64,000 bases of DNA from positions 1,116,001 through 1,180,000 of the forward strand of contig JADEYG010000015.1 of NCBI GenBank assembly GCA_016906335.1, written 5' to 3'. The position numbers were made by a program, and so were the translations under genes. This document shows positions 9,950 to 23,225 of this stretch, piece by piece (position 1 is the first letter of the stretch; each line of letters opens with the position of its first letter). The notes below the pieces were generated by a model that saw nothing but the letters and a program-made list of their open reading frames with translations, had not been told where the DNA came from and ran no database searches. The stretch comes from Novakomyces olei (taxonomy: Eukaryota).

Positions 9950-11623
9950 CTAGCTGTCACCATTCGGCTCCGGGTCGGGATCCTTGTCGAGATCTCGGTA
10001 GATTGTCTCACTCGGCACACGGGTAAAAGTGGTAGGATCGTCGCCGAAAACAGCCCCAATCTTAGTTATCCATTTCTGCCTCTTATCAAGCAGACTCTTT
10101 AAAGCAGGATCCAGAGTGGTCTTTGCCTGTGCTACAGCTGCTGCCACCAGCGGCCGATGGTCTCTCCGCTTTTTCAATTTGTTTGCCCTAGCCCGTTTAG
10201 CGTAGGCCTGTTCTACTTGCTTGTCTAAATCGTCCAGAATATTCGAGTACTCTTGAAATGCTAAAAATTCCCTTGTTTTTTGTAACAGTCTCTGCTTGCG
10301 CTTGCGATTAACAGCGGATTGCTCAGCCAGCTGGCGTTGCAGTCTCCTTAAATTTGCACAAATTTCATCGTCTTCTCTTGTGCTCCAATCCACTTCGTCT
10401 ACACTGCCCAAAAGGCCAACGTACCTTAATTCCCGTTTTACCCTGTCCTCCACTTCCGCATTATCCGCTTTTATAGCAGAAATACGAATGCCTTCACGTT
10501 GAAGTTCGTTTATTATGGACGATTCATCGTCTGCGTCTGGTCCTGAGCCTGCTCCCGTACCATTTGCGCCTGATTCTAGCGCGACTTGGTCTATTCGAAT
10601 CAAAGCACTCAGCAGCCTTTCTGTTAATGGACCACACGAGACTCCCGATTCTGAAAGAAGAACATCGTCTGTCATGGTATCAACGGATCCTTTTGCCGAG
10701 GGAAGTATGGCAGAAGGCGTTTGCGCATTTTGTGCAGATGTATTGACATTATTATTGGCCCGGAGCAGACCTGCCTCCATACTGTCTTGATCATCATTCT
10801 CGCCCCAGGCTTCAGTGTAGTGCGGACCCAGAGCCGGAATAATGTATGGACTGACTGCGTCTCCCAATAAAGGCTCCCTCAAAAACGTCAAGTCTTCCTC
10901 TGTCAGCTGCCGGAAAAAGGGCTCCAGGTAAGTTTGAAAAGTAGTAGCGGCTATCTGGTTCAGCGGCCTGGCTTTACTGAAATCTTGGGTCGGAAGCTCG
11001 CCCGGTAAAAGATCGCTAAGGTCCCTGGTCGGGTATCGTGCAACACCAAGTCGTTTCTTGATCTCTTCTGGATCCGAAGATGAAGTTAACAAGTCCATTG
11101 TGACGATAGAGCGATCGGGGAATACTGACGCATCCACGTTAATGTAATTATTACTTTTGGCTTCTGCTTTCACATCAACGGCTGGCTTACCTAACCGTTC
11201 CTTTGCCAATGCTTTCGTCTCCTCATCCAAGCCTGAAATTGAGTCCATATCAAGTCTGGCCCTGCTACCATCATCGTGGCCAGCCATTAGCTTTTGCATC
11301 TCTGATTCTTCCTCCTTCACGGGCTCAGCATCGCTATCATTACCCTGATCTTTTTGTACGCCCGTTTCCGCTGAAGGAGGAGGCCGTTTACGTTTTGATC
11401 GGCTTGCACGTTTTTTCGCTGCACTGTGCAAGCTGCGTACAATCTGCAAATCATGCTCATAATCTCTTTTCTTGCTCAAAGTCCTGGCCGATAAAGAGTT
11501 TAGCGATTCTTGTAACGATAATAATGTGTTATTAGGGGGAATATTGCTTTCGACGCGTAAACCTTGTATTGCACTGGCAATTGCTGCGGGCAAAGCGTCC
11601 CGCGAATGATCGTTGAGCTCCAT
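9950..11623 (-). CDS. ADA3: SAGA/ADA histone acetyltransferase subunit Ada3/Ngg1
   Basis: DFSKARPLNQI, EPFFRQLTEEDL, IPALGPHY, CGPLTERLLSAL, EDDEICANLRRLQ, QEYSNILDDLDKQVEQAYAKR. Start taken at the first ATG (MELND). Confidence 0.92.
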   Translation of the reverse strand: MELNDHSRDALPAAIASAIQGLRVESNIPPNNTLLSLQESLNSLSARTLSKKRDYEHDLQIVRSLHSAAKKRASRSKRKRPPPSAETGVQKDQGNDSDAEPVKEEESEMQKLMAGHDDGSRARLDMDSISGLDEETKALAKERLGKPAVDVKAEAKSNNYINVDASVFPDRSIVTMDLLTSSSDPEEIKKRLGVARYPTRDLSDLLPGELPTQDFSKARPLNQIAATTFQTYLEPFFRQLTEEDLTFLREPLLGDAVSPYIIPALGPHYTEAWGENDDQDSMEAGLLRANNNVNTSAQNAQTPSAILPSAKGSVDTMTDDVLLSESGVSCGPLTERLLSALIRIDQVALESGANGTGAGSGPDADDESSIINELQREGIRISAIKADNAEVEDRVKRELRYVGLLGSVDEVDWSTREDDEICANLRRLQRQLAEQSAVNRKRKQRLLQKTREFLAFQEYSNILDDLDKQVEQAYAKRARANKLKKRRDHRPLVAAAVAQAKTTLDPALKSLLDKRQKWITKIGAVFGDDPTTFTRVPSETIYRDLDKDPDPEPNGDS

Positions 11624-12197
11624 GAGAAACTGTTTAAAAAACCAAAGCAAAATAAATCAAATCAAATCAAATCGCAGGTTGGATTCGTTCTCTGCTCGCC
11701 CTTAATCTTCCCAAGGCTTCACTGTACCGAGCACAACAATAACACTTTTGCTCCAGCAGCAAATCGCATAAAGGATATATATCGCCTTTCCTCCCTCGCC
11801 ACTTGTCGCAATTCGATTCAAAGCGCTAAAGGACTTTTTGTTCACCACTAATAAACACTTGGCAGCAGCATTGCCGCCAAGCGCGTTTATATGCTAAACT
11901 TGCTTTTGATGCGATCAAGCTTGGATTACGTGTAGCAACAGCCGTCGCAATCGGTATTGTGTTTCAAACAAACTCTGCAATAAGAGCCGTTTGCTCGTTC
12001 CAACTATCTGCTAACCTGCACGGTTACGCTATACCGCGCAGGCCAATTTATTTTCCATTTATTACATACAGTTTGGCTCCAAGCTGTCATCGTCACTTTT
12101 GCTCTTAGTGTTACTCGGCGATGTTACTTTAACGATTTAAGTGGAGAAAATGCAATCATTATTCTCATTTTACAAGCAAACAATAAATTAGAATGAC

Positions 12198-12200
12198 AGA

Positions 12201-12239
<39 letters not shown>
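12198..12239. repeat. (TAAA)n microsatellite
   Basis: About 10 copies. Confidence 0.9.
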
Positions 12240-12240
<1 letters not shown>

Positions 12241-12280
12241 GGACGATTATCAAATTTTCATGCGTAGAGAATAGCGGTTT

Positions 12281-13077
12281 ATGGGACGCGCTGGATTGGG
12301 CGCACGCAAAAAGGACAAAGCCGGCCACCGGTTTTGTTCACACACGGCATTGACATCATTAGGCTGGGCAGGCAAAGGCCATGCTTTACGTGAGGGCGGG
12401 CTCGCCCATCCAATACTGACTTCTCGGAAATATGATACTGCCGGAGTAAGGGTTTAAGCTCTTTTTTGCTTCCTGTGCTTGGATTGATGATTAAGCTTCT
12501 ATAGTTTATGGTTCAACAATTCGATTATTTTATTTTATTATTTCTTATTTGCTCAAAGGTCTTGCTGTTCAAGGTTAGTCTAACAACACAGTTGGGGACT
12601 CGTGAGGATGCTTCGTCCCAATGGTGGGACTCGGCGTTTTCAGCGCAGCTGGCGGCTATTGATGTCCAGATTAATGCCAAATCCAAACCGACACGGGACA
12701 AGAATGGAAATCCCGCCAAAGCGAACACAACTGATTTTGAATCTAATTCTGTCGACGATCCTGAACAAATTGCACGGTTTCGATATGAGCAGCACCGTCG
12801 TAATATGAGACCATTGTACCGCTTTTTTGTGCTAGGCGGCCTTTTACGCGGCTCCTTACCACCCTCTAGTCTGCATGAGCATAAGGCTGATGGAAACATT
12901 GATAAAGAACGGGGTAGAGAAGGAATGAAGGATGCGAAACTGAGAAAGAAGAAGGATAAAGTGGAGAGAGAGGCTCGCCAGCAGCGCAAAGAAGCGCGAC
13001 GACTGCGTAGAGCAGCTAGAGCGAAGAAGAGCGCGGAAAAGGCGGCAAGGAAGGAAAAGAGGAAAAGCAAAGGATGA
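12281..13077 (+). CDS. TMA23: G-patch, Lys/Arg-rich nucleolar protein (Tma23-like); intron 12446-12591
   Basis: LTSLGWAGKGHALREGGLAHPILTSRKYDTAG|LGTREDASSQWWDSAF...LYRFFVLGG; basic C-terminal tail. Confidence 0.78.
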
Positions 13078-13268
13078 GAATTAAGGGCCAAACGAGTTGT
13101 TGCATGATACCCTGGGATAGACTGGATTCATATAATTTTACAAGCCAGACTTTTAATGTAAATTTTATAAAAGCACTTGCAGAATTGCTGCTTGTGGATC
13201 TGATTACGTCTGTAATAATCTATTCTAGCCGCCATTCGTTTTTGCCCTCACAAACAGGACAGCCCAAA

Positions 13269-13567
13269 CTATTTGCTCTCTGAATTTACTTTACGGAGTG
13301 CACTTAATCTCTCCTGATTGCGGCGCACAATTAAGCGTTCAGTTGTACGTTTTTCATAGTCGCTCAGCCTATCCCAGTTGGTTATGCGCGATACTGTACC
13401 ATCCGTATTAACCACCTGCGCTTATTAAAAATCAAAAACTTAATGGCTTCCAATTTCCATACCACTGGTCCCATACTATCCAACGTGAGTGTTTGACCGG
13501 TATTGATGTCAATATTGCTGACATCTTGAGGGCTGCCTTGTAAAAGCCGCGGCTTATTTGGCTCCAT
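13269..13567 (-). CDS. Small conserved fungal hypothetical protein, two exons (intron about 13462-13416)
   Basis: Spliced product MEPNK...LTLDSMGPV|VVNTDGTVSRITNWDRLSDYEKRTTERLIVRRNQERL resembles a widespread uncharacterised LD.LGP.VVN.DGT.SRI.NW family. Confidence 0.8.
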
Positions 13568-13818
13568 TAGTGAATTCAAAAAGCCAATGTCAAATGCGAC
13601 GTCGCAAAGCTCTATGACATCAAAGTGTCAATCATGTGTCAATCATCCATCACAGCAAAAATATTACGAATATACATTAAATGTGCCATATATTGCGAGT
13701 AGATTCGAATAAAATTAGAATAAAATATAGATGAAATAAGAGTAATATATAAAATGAATATTCCATGAATTATTTACGAATATCCAGTAATATAATCATG
13801 TTTTGAAGCACATTTCTA

Positions 13819-14842
13819 ATGTCGCAGTCGCGGTCAAATCGACTTGTGTTCAAAGGCGACAAACCGCGGTAAGTCGCTTGATCAGCTCCAAGTCTAATAA
13901 CGGTAGAAAACGGAAACGTGTAGCGCCTAGTGAAAGTGCTCCAGAGCATACTGCTTCTCAAGACGGATGGATCACGGCCGATAGTGCATTCGATTTAGCA
14001 GGTCCCGTGCTTGTAGTGTAAGTCTACGCTCAAAGACCTTTTAAACTTTCCATTTTTTACATGTCTTATATTTCAGATTTACGTTATTTCCCATGATTAT
14101 TTAATTTAATTCTACTCTTGACCTCGTTGATGTAATCAACTCTTTCACTGTCTCAAGACGATTGTATTCGTTCATCAAAGTACAATTATATCGATTGATC
14201 TAACTCTTTAGCGGTAAATCTTCACAGACTATTTTCGCCATTTCATGCGATGCTCTAGGCCGTGTCTTTACGCTGCCACTATCGGCAGCAACGCAGGCTG
14301 AAGACGCAGAGCCCGATGACACACGGCAAGTTTGGGTAGCAAGGAAGGCTCCAGGTACACAAGCAGGCTTGACATTGCGATCAAGCCAAGGCAAGCTGCT
14401 GAGTGCTGTCACGGATGGTGTTGAGGCGACACGTGAGGCTGTAGGGAGTTCAGAGCAATGGTCCTTACAAAGAGACGAATCTGGATGCTTTTGTATTTTC
14501 AATACAAGTCTGAAAAAGTATATAGGAGTCAAAGCTGAGCCGGCGGAAGAAGGAAGGCCCGCGCGGCTGCGGGTATCTGCTTTTTCTGCTCCAGACGAGG
14601 CGATTTGTGCGTTTACATTACGTATTCAAGCCCGATTCCGACCGCAGCGGCCGGCAGAGAGTTCAGGAGTCGCTGTCACTGATGCAAAGAGCAAAATGTC
14701 TCGTTCTGCTCTTGAAGGTATGGCAGGTCGGCCTTTGAGTGCAGATCAAGTGCGTATGCTGAACGCTGCACACCGACAAGGCACTTTGCGAGAAGCAATG
14801 CTCGACGTCAGAGTAAGAGGCAAGAGTGACAAGTATGCGTGA
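13819..14842 (+). CDS. FRG1: FRG1-like (fascin-fold) protein; introns 13869-13906 and about 14018-14211
   Basis: LVFKGDKPR|KRKR, DGW...DLAGPV, AEPDDTRQVWVA, GKLLSA..DG.VEATREAVG..EQW, LRIQARF, LREAMLDVRVRGKSDKYA. Confidence 0.88.
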
Positions 14843-14903
14843 CATTTATGTATAACTACATATACATACATATACATACATAAATACAGACATGCAAATT
14901 AGT

Positions 14904-16189
14904 TCACTTTGAGAGGTAGGCCACATTAGCAAGCTTGGATAGTTCAGACTCCACTTGTTCTGTTGGCCTGGCTAGAATTGTACAAATCTCATCGAGACTG
15001 TGCGACCCGTCTAAATACTGTTGCGGGACAGTCAAATTTGATGGTGCTGTATCCGATAAAAGATACGGGTATTTGTATACGCGATAAAGAAACTCCTTGA
15101 TTACACCAAAAGTAATGAACCGTCGCACATCGATCCCCTGTAGCAATTCCCTGTGCTCCTTGTACCATTGACGTAGAGGTACGCCTTGACACAGGCCGCA
15201 GTAGAGTGTAAGCAGGGTAGAAAAGTCCACGTGTTGGGCATTGTTGTCATAGCATACATAATGCAGGCATTCACGTCGTACGTGTACGTCGTCCACAAGC
15301 CTTGAAATCTCTGGAGTGACTGCATAAATGTTGCTAAACTGGAAAAGGTCTACGGTAGTAATGCATCCGTAATAGCTAAGGTGCTCAAGCGCACGAAGAG
15401 TGGGTTCCAAATCGACTTCAGCCAGTCGTGCGATACGCATGACAGAGTTCACTCCGTCAATGTAGGGCACGATTTGTTGAACAGTCAGATCCCAGCTTGA
15501 ATTCATCAACAGCCCCAGTTGTACAGTTAATATGGGTACTTGGCACGCTTGCACTTTGGGGGGAGTACTGTAGGAAGGAAACAGTTTGATGTTTAACGTA
15601 TTTTCCTCCGTCAACGGGATCATGCACTCGCAATAATTATTTAAGTCTTCAAAGACTTGTTCAATCACATTGTAGACAACAGACTTGTCACTGGCTGATA
15701 AGAAGTTTTGTGATTTTTCAAGAGACTTGAACGCCATAGCGATCCGACGAACGACGGACAGGTAACCTGCTGTTTCCGCATCTCGATGCAGTACAACTGC
15801 GCAGTTGAAAATGAGCGCGTTCCTTTCATAACGGCCGCCTTTGACAAGGACCGGATACCCAATGACCCGGTAATCTCCCACAACAAATGCCAGTAATTTA
15901 TGGCACATGGACGGCTTGGGGATCAAGTATTCCGACACGTGTTCAAAATTGAACAACAACGGGTCCGTGCGACCTCCATCTTCTGAATAAATTGCGTTTT
16001 TGGGCACCTGATACAGTACTCGAGGTCCTTGCTGTGGATGAAAGTACGTGAATATAATCGATATTAGCCGCGGCGGGAAGCCCAAAAGCTCCTGATCCTC
16101 CTTTACGTTTAGATGCAATAGCGAATGCGTGAAATACTTACTGATCTGTCGTCTGGCGTATAGTCTAAAAGATCGGGATGTATGCTCAT
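14904..16189 (-). CDS. NPR2: GATOR1/SEACIT subunit Npr2; short first exon and intron about 16141-16101
   Basis: FHPQQGPRVLYQVP, YLIPKPSMC, YERNALIFN, FEDLNNYCECMIP, PYIDGVNSV, VDLFQFSNIY, IDVRRFITFGVIK. Confidence 0.95.
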
Positions 16190-16582
16190 TTCTACATCCG
16201 CCTCATACCCCGACTGATGGCTTGCCTACACTGTACGTTGATAATAATTGCAAAAAAGATTAATCAAAGACGAGCTCCAACCTACTCATCAACCATGTGT
16301 ATATATGTAATAATTAATATAATTAATATAATTAATATAATTAATATAATTAATACAAGGAGACTGCAGCCCTATTTACTATCATAATCCTAAACGTTGG
16401 TTACGATGAGTCTCGGATATCGAGTCTCGGATATCTTTGTATCAGCAATGCACAGAAATTTCATAAGCCTTCGCTATTCATTGTCAAACACTGCTCACTC
16501 AAAAGCCACGTATCTGCTCTAATTGACTTTGATATCATATATATTCCGTCCTGACTGGTCTTGTACACTTTTAATCATGCGC

Positions 16583-18257
16583 TCAAAACTCACAATGCTT
16601 TACCCACCGTGGAAAAGCAACGAGCTCCCGTACATTCTCCACTCCAGTCAAGTAAAGCAGTAGCCGGTCCAAACCAAGACCGTACCCGCCATGGGGTACA
16701 GTACCCCAGCGGCGCAGATCAACGTACCATTGCAAAGCAGCAGTGTCTTTAATCCCAGCCGCCTGCATTTGTGCTTCCAGTGCAGATAGCTCATGCTGCC
16801 TTAATGATCCTCCAACTAGCTCGCCTATCCCAGGCATTAAAAGATCAAAACAAGCAAAAGTATCAGCACTGCTTGGTAACATGTAGAAAGGCTTTTGTGC
16901 CTGTGGGTAATCAGTCACGAATACTGGGCCGCCTATTATCTCCTCTGCCAGATACTTTTCATGTTCACTCTGTAACCCTTCGTCGGGTACTAAGGGCGTA
17001 GAAAACTCACGCCCGGATCGTTGCAGTTCATTTACCGCCTGCGCAAAAGTGATTCGAGCAAACGGTTGTGAAATCGATTTCCATTGCTCCAGTATCTGGC
17101 CCGGCAAAGTTTCACGTTCACACAACAGCTTTTGTACTCTAGCAATTTGTTCAGGCCACGTTTCGTCTTGCAGCAATTGTGACACTGTGCTCTGAATCAT
17201 TTGCTCTACACTATCAAGCAGCTCTGGCAAATTATCCACAAAAGCCAATTCTGCCTCAAACATACTAAACTCACATAAATGGCGCGAAGTCAGTGATGCT
17301 TCTGCTCTGAAAGCCGGATTAAGGCACCAGACTCGCCCGAGGCCCATGGCTAAAGCTTCCAAGTGCAGTTGTGAGGATACAGTAAGGTTAGCATTTCCAC
17401 CCCAAAAGTCAGGATCTCCGGGTTTTGTTGCGGAGAACACTTCACCAGCACCTTCGCAGTCTGCTGAAGTTAGAATCGGCGGTTGTGTCTGAAAGAAGCC
17501 CTCTGCTCTCATTGTCGCTCCTATACAATGAATCAGGTCACTGCGAAATCGTTGAAGGGTGGAAAAGGCGGTCGTACGCGGCCGCAAATGAGCGTGCTGC
17601 CTAAGAAACGCAAGACCGTGTGCCTTTTTCTGTAACGGGTACGTCTACAAACGTTAGGCAATCCTCATATTTACCATTTCTGCTATCTGCCAAGCTCCAG
17701 ATACAACATACCGATGCATCACATGCGCCAATCACGTTGATACTGCTCGCTTGCAGCTCAGGCTGAGTGCGGCCAGTAACCAGCTGACCCATCGCATCGA
17801 TACTGCTCCCGGTCGTGACGTTATTGTGACTGCATTCGCTTAGATTTGTACAGAAAATTGGGTTAAAGTTCAAAGATGGTAAAGCTCAGTGAGAGCTTGC
17901 ACAGGTAAACATGATGTAAAGACGAGGAGACGTGCAAGTAAAATCATAAACGAAAATTAGCAAATGAACGAAGCGCCGTGAAAGCCAGAAAAATTAATAA
18001 AAATAATCAAAAAAAGAACGATCGACCACCTACCTATCGCCCCGTAAAACCACCTGCAAATTTTGACTGCTGCTGCCATCGTTGACTTCGATAAAGCATA
18101 CCTTTTTCTGCTTGCGAACACTGCGTACCCACCCTTTTATCTGTACCGGATTCGATCCAATGGCTCCATTATAAAGCAACGATCTGATCGGCATTAGCGG
18201 CGCCTTTAAAGACGCAGTAACGGCCGCAGGGCACCTCAGCCATTGGCTTATCCGCAT
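16583..18257 (-). CDS. SLM5: Mitochondrial asparaginyl-tRNA synthetase, multi-exon
   Basis: GWVRSVRKQKKVCFIEVNDGSS, ILTSADCEGAGEVF, LTVSSQLHLE, FRAE..LTSRHL.EF.M.EAE, VPHGGYGLGLDRL. Confidence 0.93.
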
Positions 18258-18388
18258 TTGCAAGGGGAGCAATTCATACAGCAGTGCTTTGGCCTCTATC
18301 GATTTTATCAGTTAACCCTAACTATCTGAATATTAAACTTTTATTGTGAAAAGAAATATTTTATATTTAATTTTGAAGTTTTTGAAGC

Positions 18389-19632
18389 ATGGAGTGCCTG
18401 AGAAAGGCCCTTTGTTTGTCGGCGGCTGCTTCTAGAGCTCGGCCACTGCGCTTTTGCCCACACTACGGGCAAAATTTTCGGCCCAATGTTTCTCAATTTC
18501 AAGCGGCTCTGACCCGAGTTTATTCGTCAGAGTCACTTGCACCACCGGCCGAGGCCCAAGTACGGCGGCCCATTGTTAAACGGCAGTTCACTCCACGCTC
18601 GGATCTGCGAGCCAAGGGAGTTTTGCAAGTAGGACTAGATCTATTTAGCTATTTTTATTTTATTATTATTATTATTATAAATTTTCGTTTCGGTTATTAT
18701 CATTTGATTTCTCTATTCATTGATTTCTCTATTCATTTCTTTCTATTTCGATCATTTGATCCATTGCTAATCCAACACAGGATGTAAGAGCCATGGCCAC
18801 AGCCGAGACTTACGCGCTATCGCGTTTGTTGGAGGGTCGGGGCGATGTCGCATGGAAGTTGCTTGCGCCTGTAGCTGCGTATACAAAATTCGGCAAAGGC
18901 GAAGTGTTTGCGTTTAGTACCGGCTCCTTTGTGACATGGGGCCTGACGGAGGAAGAGTCGCAGAAAGTGCTGCAAGATCATATTCGCAAGTATTCTGTTG
19001 AACAAGGTGCATATGCTACAGCAGAGGTGGAGGAGTTGGACTATTACGTTGATAGTGTGAGACGCGACACGCGTCTTGAGGGTGATATCATAATTTTAGC
19101 TGGCAGTGATGATACGGCCACTGACGCAAATTCTGCTGGCAGCAGTTCTCCCCGTAACGAACCTCATGATGTCTTGGTGCGTATGGCGCTTTCACATGGG
19201 CTTGCGCGCTCTGTCAAATTGGGTCAGTTGGAGGCCAAGCTGGACGATTTCTTAGAGACGGTGCAAGATGTGCCACAGACGCTTTGTGCGACGGGTCGCA
19301 GTCCTTTGCCGCGTAAAGAAATCATCGCTAAAATTGGAACTCTTTTGCTCTTGAGACAACGCTTGAACCTCAGTGAAGACACAAACTTTCTCGATCTGCC
19401 AGAGTTGTATTGGGATCAACCCGAGCTAGAACAGTATTATCTTGATATGTCCAAATGCTTAGCCGTGTCGCGTCGTCTGTCAATCTGCAATCAAAAAATT
19501 AATTACGCCAGCGATGTGCAGGATACGCTGCGACAAATTTTGAACGAATACACGGGTCACCGACTGGAGCTCGTTATTATCTGGCTCATTGCCGTGGAAG
19601 TCGTGATTCTTGTGGTCGAAAAATTTGTCTAG
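18389..19632 (+). CDS. RMD1/DUF155-family protein, mitochondrial type (RMND1/Mrx10-like); intron about 18629-18780
   Basis: Presequence-like N-terminus; ATAETY, F..GSFVTWGL, ALSHGLARSVKL, FLDLPELYW, R....NQKINYA, HRLELVIIWLIAVEV. Confidence 0.88.
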
Positions 19633-19939
19633 ACAGTTGCGTGATAGAAAATTTTTTTGCGAGACCTCAATTCTTTGATTTCCTTCTTCTCTCATTTCTC
19701 CTTTTGCGTTTTGGATTTATATGGGCTTTGTGATAAGAATTATTAATGATGGATTATGATGATGGCTTTTATTTTTCCTGACACAATAGAATTATTTTGG
19801 ACAACTTTTCTGATGTTTTCCTTTATGCTTTTGCCTACAATACAAGCACAACTCTAGAGCAGCATCGCAAAGATGTATTGTAACAATACATTTCGATTAT
19901 CATCCTTCAAAACATTGACTAGTCTATTCAATCTCCAAG

Positions 19940-20807
19940 TCAATTCTCTAATGGCTCCTTTTCCAGATACTTGACAATACGTGCGGGCGAGCCTATGGCT
20001 ACACAATAATCCGGGATTGATTTCGTCACAACACTGCCCGCGCCCACAGTCACACCGTTCCCAATACGCACGTTTGGAAGTATTATCACATTGCCTCCGA
20101 TCCAGCAGTCATTGCCAATAATAATGTGTCCGCCATATTCCAATTCCTTCTTTCGTGGTGCAACTTCTACGTCATGCGTTGCCCCGTAGATTGATACATT
20201 AGGCCCAAACAAGACGTTATTGCCAATGCGAACAAGACCGCAATCCAGGATAGTGAGCCTGTCGTTAGCAAAAGTTTGACAAAGAGTCCTTGAGCAGCCA
20301 AAAAAACAATAATGATAAACAAATAAATAAATGAAAACTATCTCAAGCTCTATTCTTTTCTTCAAAGATCCAATTAAGCTCACCCAAAATTAGCATAGAC
20401 TCTTTGGCCCAAGCTGATATTACATCCCTGTTATTAGCTGCTTAGACACATGAACAATGCGTACATAATCGCAGCGAAATGGAGGGTCAAGCAATGCTGG
20501 CTGGTCCTTGTCCATCTCGCCTATCAAGCTGTGCAAAAGAGCGACTCGCCTTTCTGTAATTTCAGATTCACTTTTATCCGCGGGAAACCAGGTATTGTAT
20601 TCATGAGTCAGGCGACGAGCACGAAACCTTGCGCTCTCCAATACTGGCGTAATCGGCTGATACCTTTCTGCTTAGAACTTATTCGGGTTTCAAGACCAAC
20701 CAAACACCGCTAATCATGAGCTCATACTGCTCGCACCAAGGCACATGATTCAGCTGACGCGCCAGCGCAAAGGCCTCGTCTTTTGAAAGGAGTGACTGAG
20801 GTGCCAT
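19940..20807 (-). CDS. Maltose/galactoside O-acetyltransferase family (hexapeptide left-handed beta-helix), multi-exon
   Basis: HVPWCEQYELMISG, RFRARR, PPFRCDY, ILDCGLVRIGNNVLFGPNVSIY, IGNDCWIGGNVIILPNVRIG, VGAGSVVTKSIP...GSPARI. Confidence 0.9.
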
Positions 20808-20872
20808 TAGACGAGCTACAGTCTGAGAGCAACTAACGCGTGGGATAAATTAACCAATAATATCAGATTAGT

Positions 20873-20935
20873 AACAATTTATCAACAACAATTTATCAAC
20901 AATTTATCAACAATTTATCAACAATTTATCAACAA
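20873..20935. repeat. 11-bp tandem repeat AACAATTTATC (each unit carries TGATAA on the minus strand)
   Basis: About 5 copies in the acetyltransferase/SEC63 divergent spacer. Confidence 0.9.
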
Positions 20936-21206
20936 TAGTCCGGCAACAGTGTTTGCTCAAATATTCACAATTCAAATTTATCATAATACTCTGTCGAGCA
21001 TTGAAAAATAAAGAATAATAATAATCTACGCAACACTCAGTATACTAAGCAAACTGCTAAACATACGAAGATTAAATAAATCAAACTAGCGTTAATATAT
21101 CAAATCCATAGAAACAAAACTCTATATTAAAGGCAGAGAGTATACACTTTTCCAAGTTACACGTATACAAAAGATCTGAGCAGCTTATCGCCGGCGCCTG
21201 GCCAGC

Positions 21207-23225
21207 ATGGCGCAATACGATTACGACGACTCGGTAAGTTGGCTGCCTTTAAACTGTCTCTTTTTAATTTTGCACAAGCTAACTGCAATTGACTAGGGCC
21301 AATTCTTTCCTTTCTTCATTTTAACTATTCTGCTTCTCGTTCTCGCTCCAGTCAGTTATGGCGAGGCAAAGCGGCTTTTACATCGACCATGGAGGTCAGG
21401 TCCGTTCGGAGACAGCTCAAAAGACGCACCTGAAAACTCTCCACATTTTACACGGCCATTATCTGCCTATGTGAACCGAAAGACAGTGCTGTTATCGGCT
21501 GGCTGGATCATTGCAATTTATTTTGCACTTAATCTGTCTACCCGGAGCACCGAGTCTAAGCTTTACGACCCTTATGAAATACTGGGCGTGTCTGCCTCCG
21601 CGACGGCTGATCAGATACGCAAGCACTACAAAAAACTCAGTATTAAATTTCATCCGGACAAAGTTCGGCTGGCTGCGAACGAGACGATGGAGCAGGTGAG
21701 TACTCACTTTGTGGAACTTACGAAGGCGTACAAGGCCCTCACCGACGAGCAAGTACGGCAAAATTACTTGGAATACGGACACCCAGACGGGAAACAGGAT
21801 TTTTCAATTGGAATAGCGCTTCCGCAGTGGATTGTTGATGCTCAGTATAATTATGTTGTTCTCGGTATATATGGAGCGTTATTCGGGTTTGTACTTCCTT
21901 ATTCTGTCGGGTCTTGGTGGTATGGCAGCCGTAGCCAAACAAGGGATCGCGTTCATGTAAAAACAGCGAGCCATTTGTTCCGCAAATACGAAAAGAATAT
22001 TTCCTTTGATGAAACTATTGATACTGTGGCGGGAGCTGAAGAATTTGCGCGTTTAGACGGCAGCAATCGCGCTGAAAAGTCTGCCAAAAGGGCAGCCGAG
22101 CTGATTCACGCTCATATAAGTCGTGAGGCGATCGATACCGATGACGTAGGTGCTTTGTATGCAATTTTGACAGATCTGCCACGAATTCTTCGGGCCAAAA
22201 TTATAATTGATGGCGCCTTCGATTACGTGGAACCCTGCTTAACAACTTTAAGCGTCTCGCGGTCCGTAGTTCAGGCTTTGCCGCCCAATGCTTCGCCATT
22301 GGAGCAATTGCCCTTTGTTCGATCAAGGAGGATCGACTTGGAAAAGTTTCCGCACTCAATAACCGAACTTTTACAGCTCAAAACTGAGCGGCAACGCTAC
22401 CTCCTTTCCAAGCTAAACGACTTTGAATTTGGTAGGTGCCTGCACGTGGCAAAACAGCTTCCCTTGCCGGAGATTGTAGGCCACAGCTTCACTGTGAACG
22501 GGAGTCCGATTGTTACACCAGAGTCGATTGTTAGTTTTAAGCTGTCGCTGAGACTCGCGAATGTTGCGAATGTTGCTGCTGCCGTTGATGGACAAAAGAC
22601 TGGAAAGGTAGATCAAGAGCTCAAAAAAGCGGTAGAAGCCCCTAAAAGTACGGGAGAAGAAGGTGGGGAAGAGATAGAGAAGGACGATAATGAGGGCGAA
22701 CAAGCGGTTGAAGTGATGCCTGCCGCTTTTGCTCCACGATACCCTGTTGCTATCAAACCGAAATGGTGGTTACTGATCTGTGTAGTACGGACGGGTAAAC
22801 TGCTTATCCCGCCAATGGCTCTGTCCGACTTTGGTGCGGCACCCAGAACGTTTGTTATCCAGTTCCGTGCTCTAGAAAAGGTGGAGAAAATTGATTTAAA
22901 AGTGCGGTTGGTGTCTGATACATACTTTGGCAGCGATGCAGAGATGCTGGCGCAACTAAATATTGAAGACGCTTCGTCTGTATCGGAGCAGGTTGTAGAA
23001 GACGAAATTTCTGATCCAGAAGACGATTCTTTTGCTGGTCAAATGCAGCAGCTCCGGGGCGGGCAAGTAAAATCTACAGGCGAGTCTTCCGAGTCTGAGT
23101 CGGACGAGGCCGGCAGCGACAGCGGCGGAGATGATGATAATGATGATGATGGCGAAGACAATTCTGATGAGGATAAAACAGCTGACGATTTGCCCGACTA
23201 CAATACTGATTCGGACATTGAGTAA
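21207..23225 (+). CDS. SEC63: ER translocon J-domain protein Sec63; intron about 21234-21296
   Basis: MAQYDYDDS|GQFFPFF, YDPYEILG, J-domain HPDK, YGHPDGKQDFSIGIALP, SDTYFGSD, acidic tail. Confidence 0.96.

Noticed and set aside
19940..20807. Recent bacterial horizontal transfer of the acetyltransferase
   Set aside because: Several spliceosomal introns and a typical fungal N-terminus; the family is widespread in fungi.
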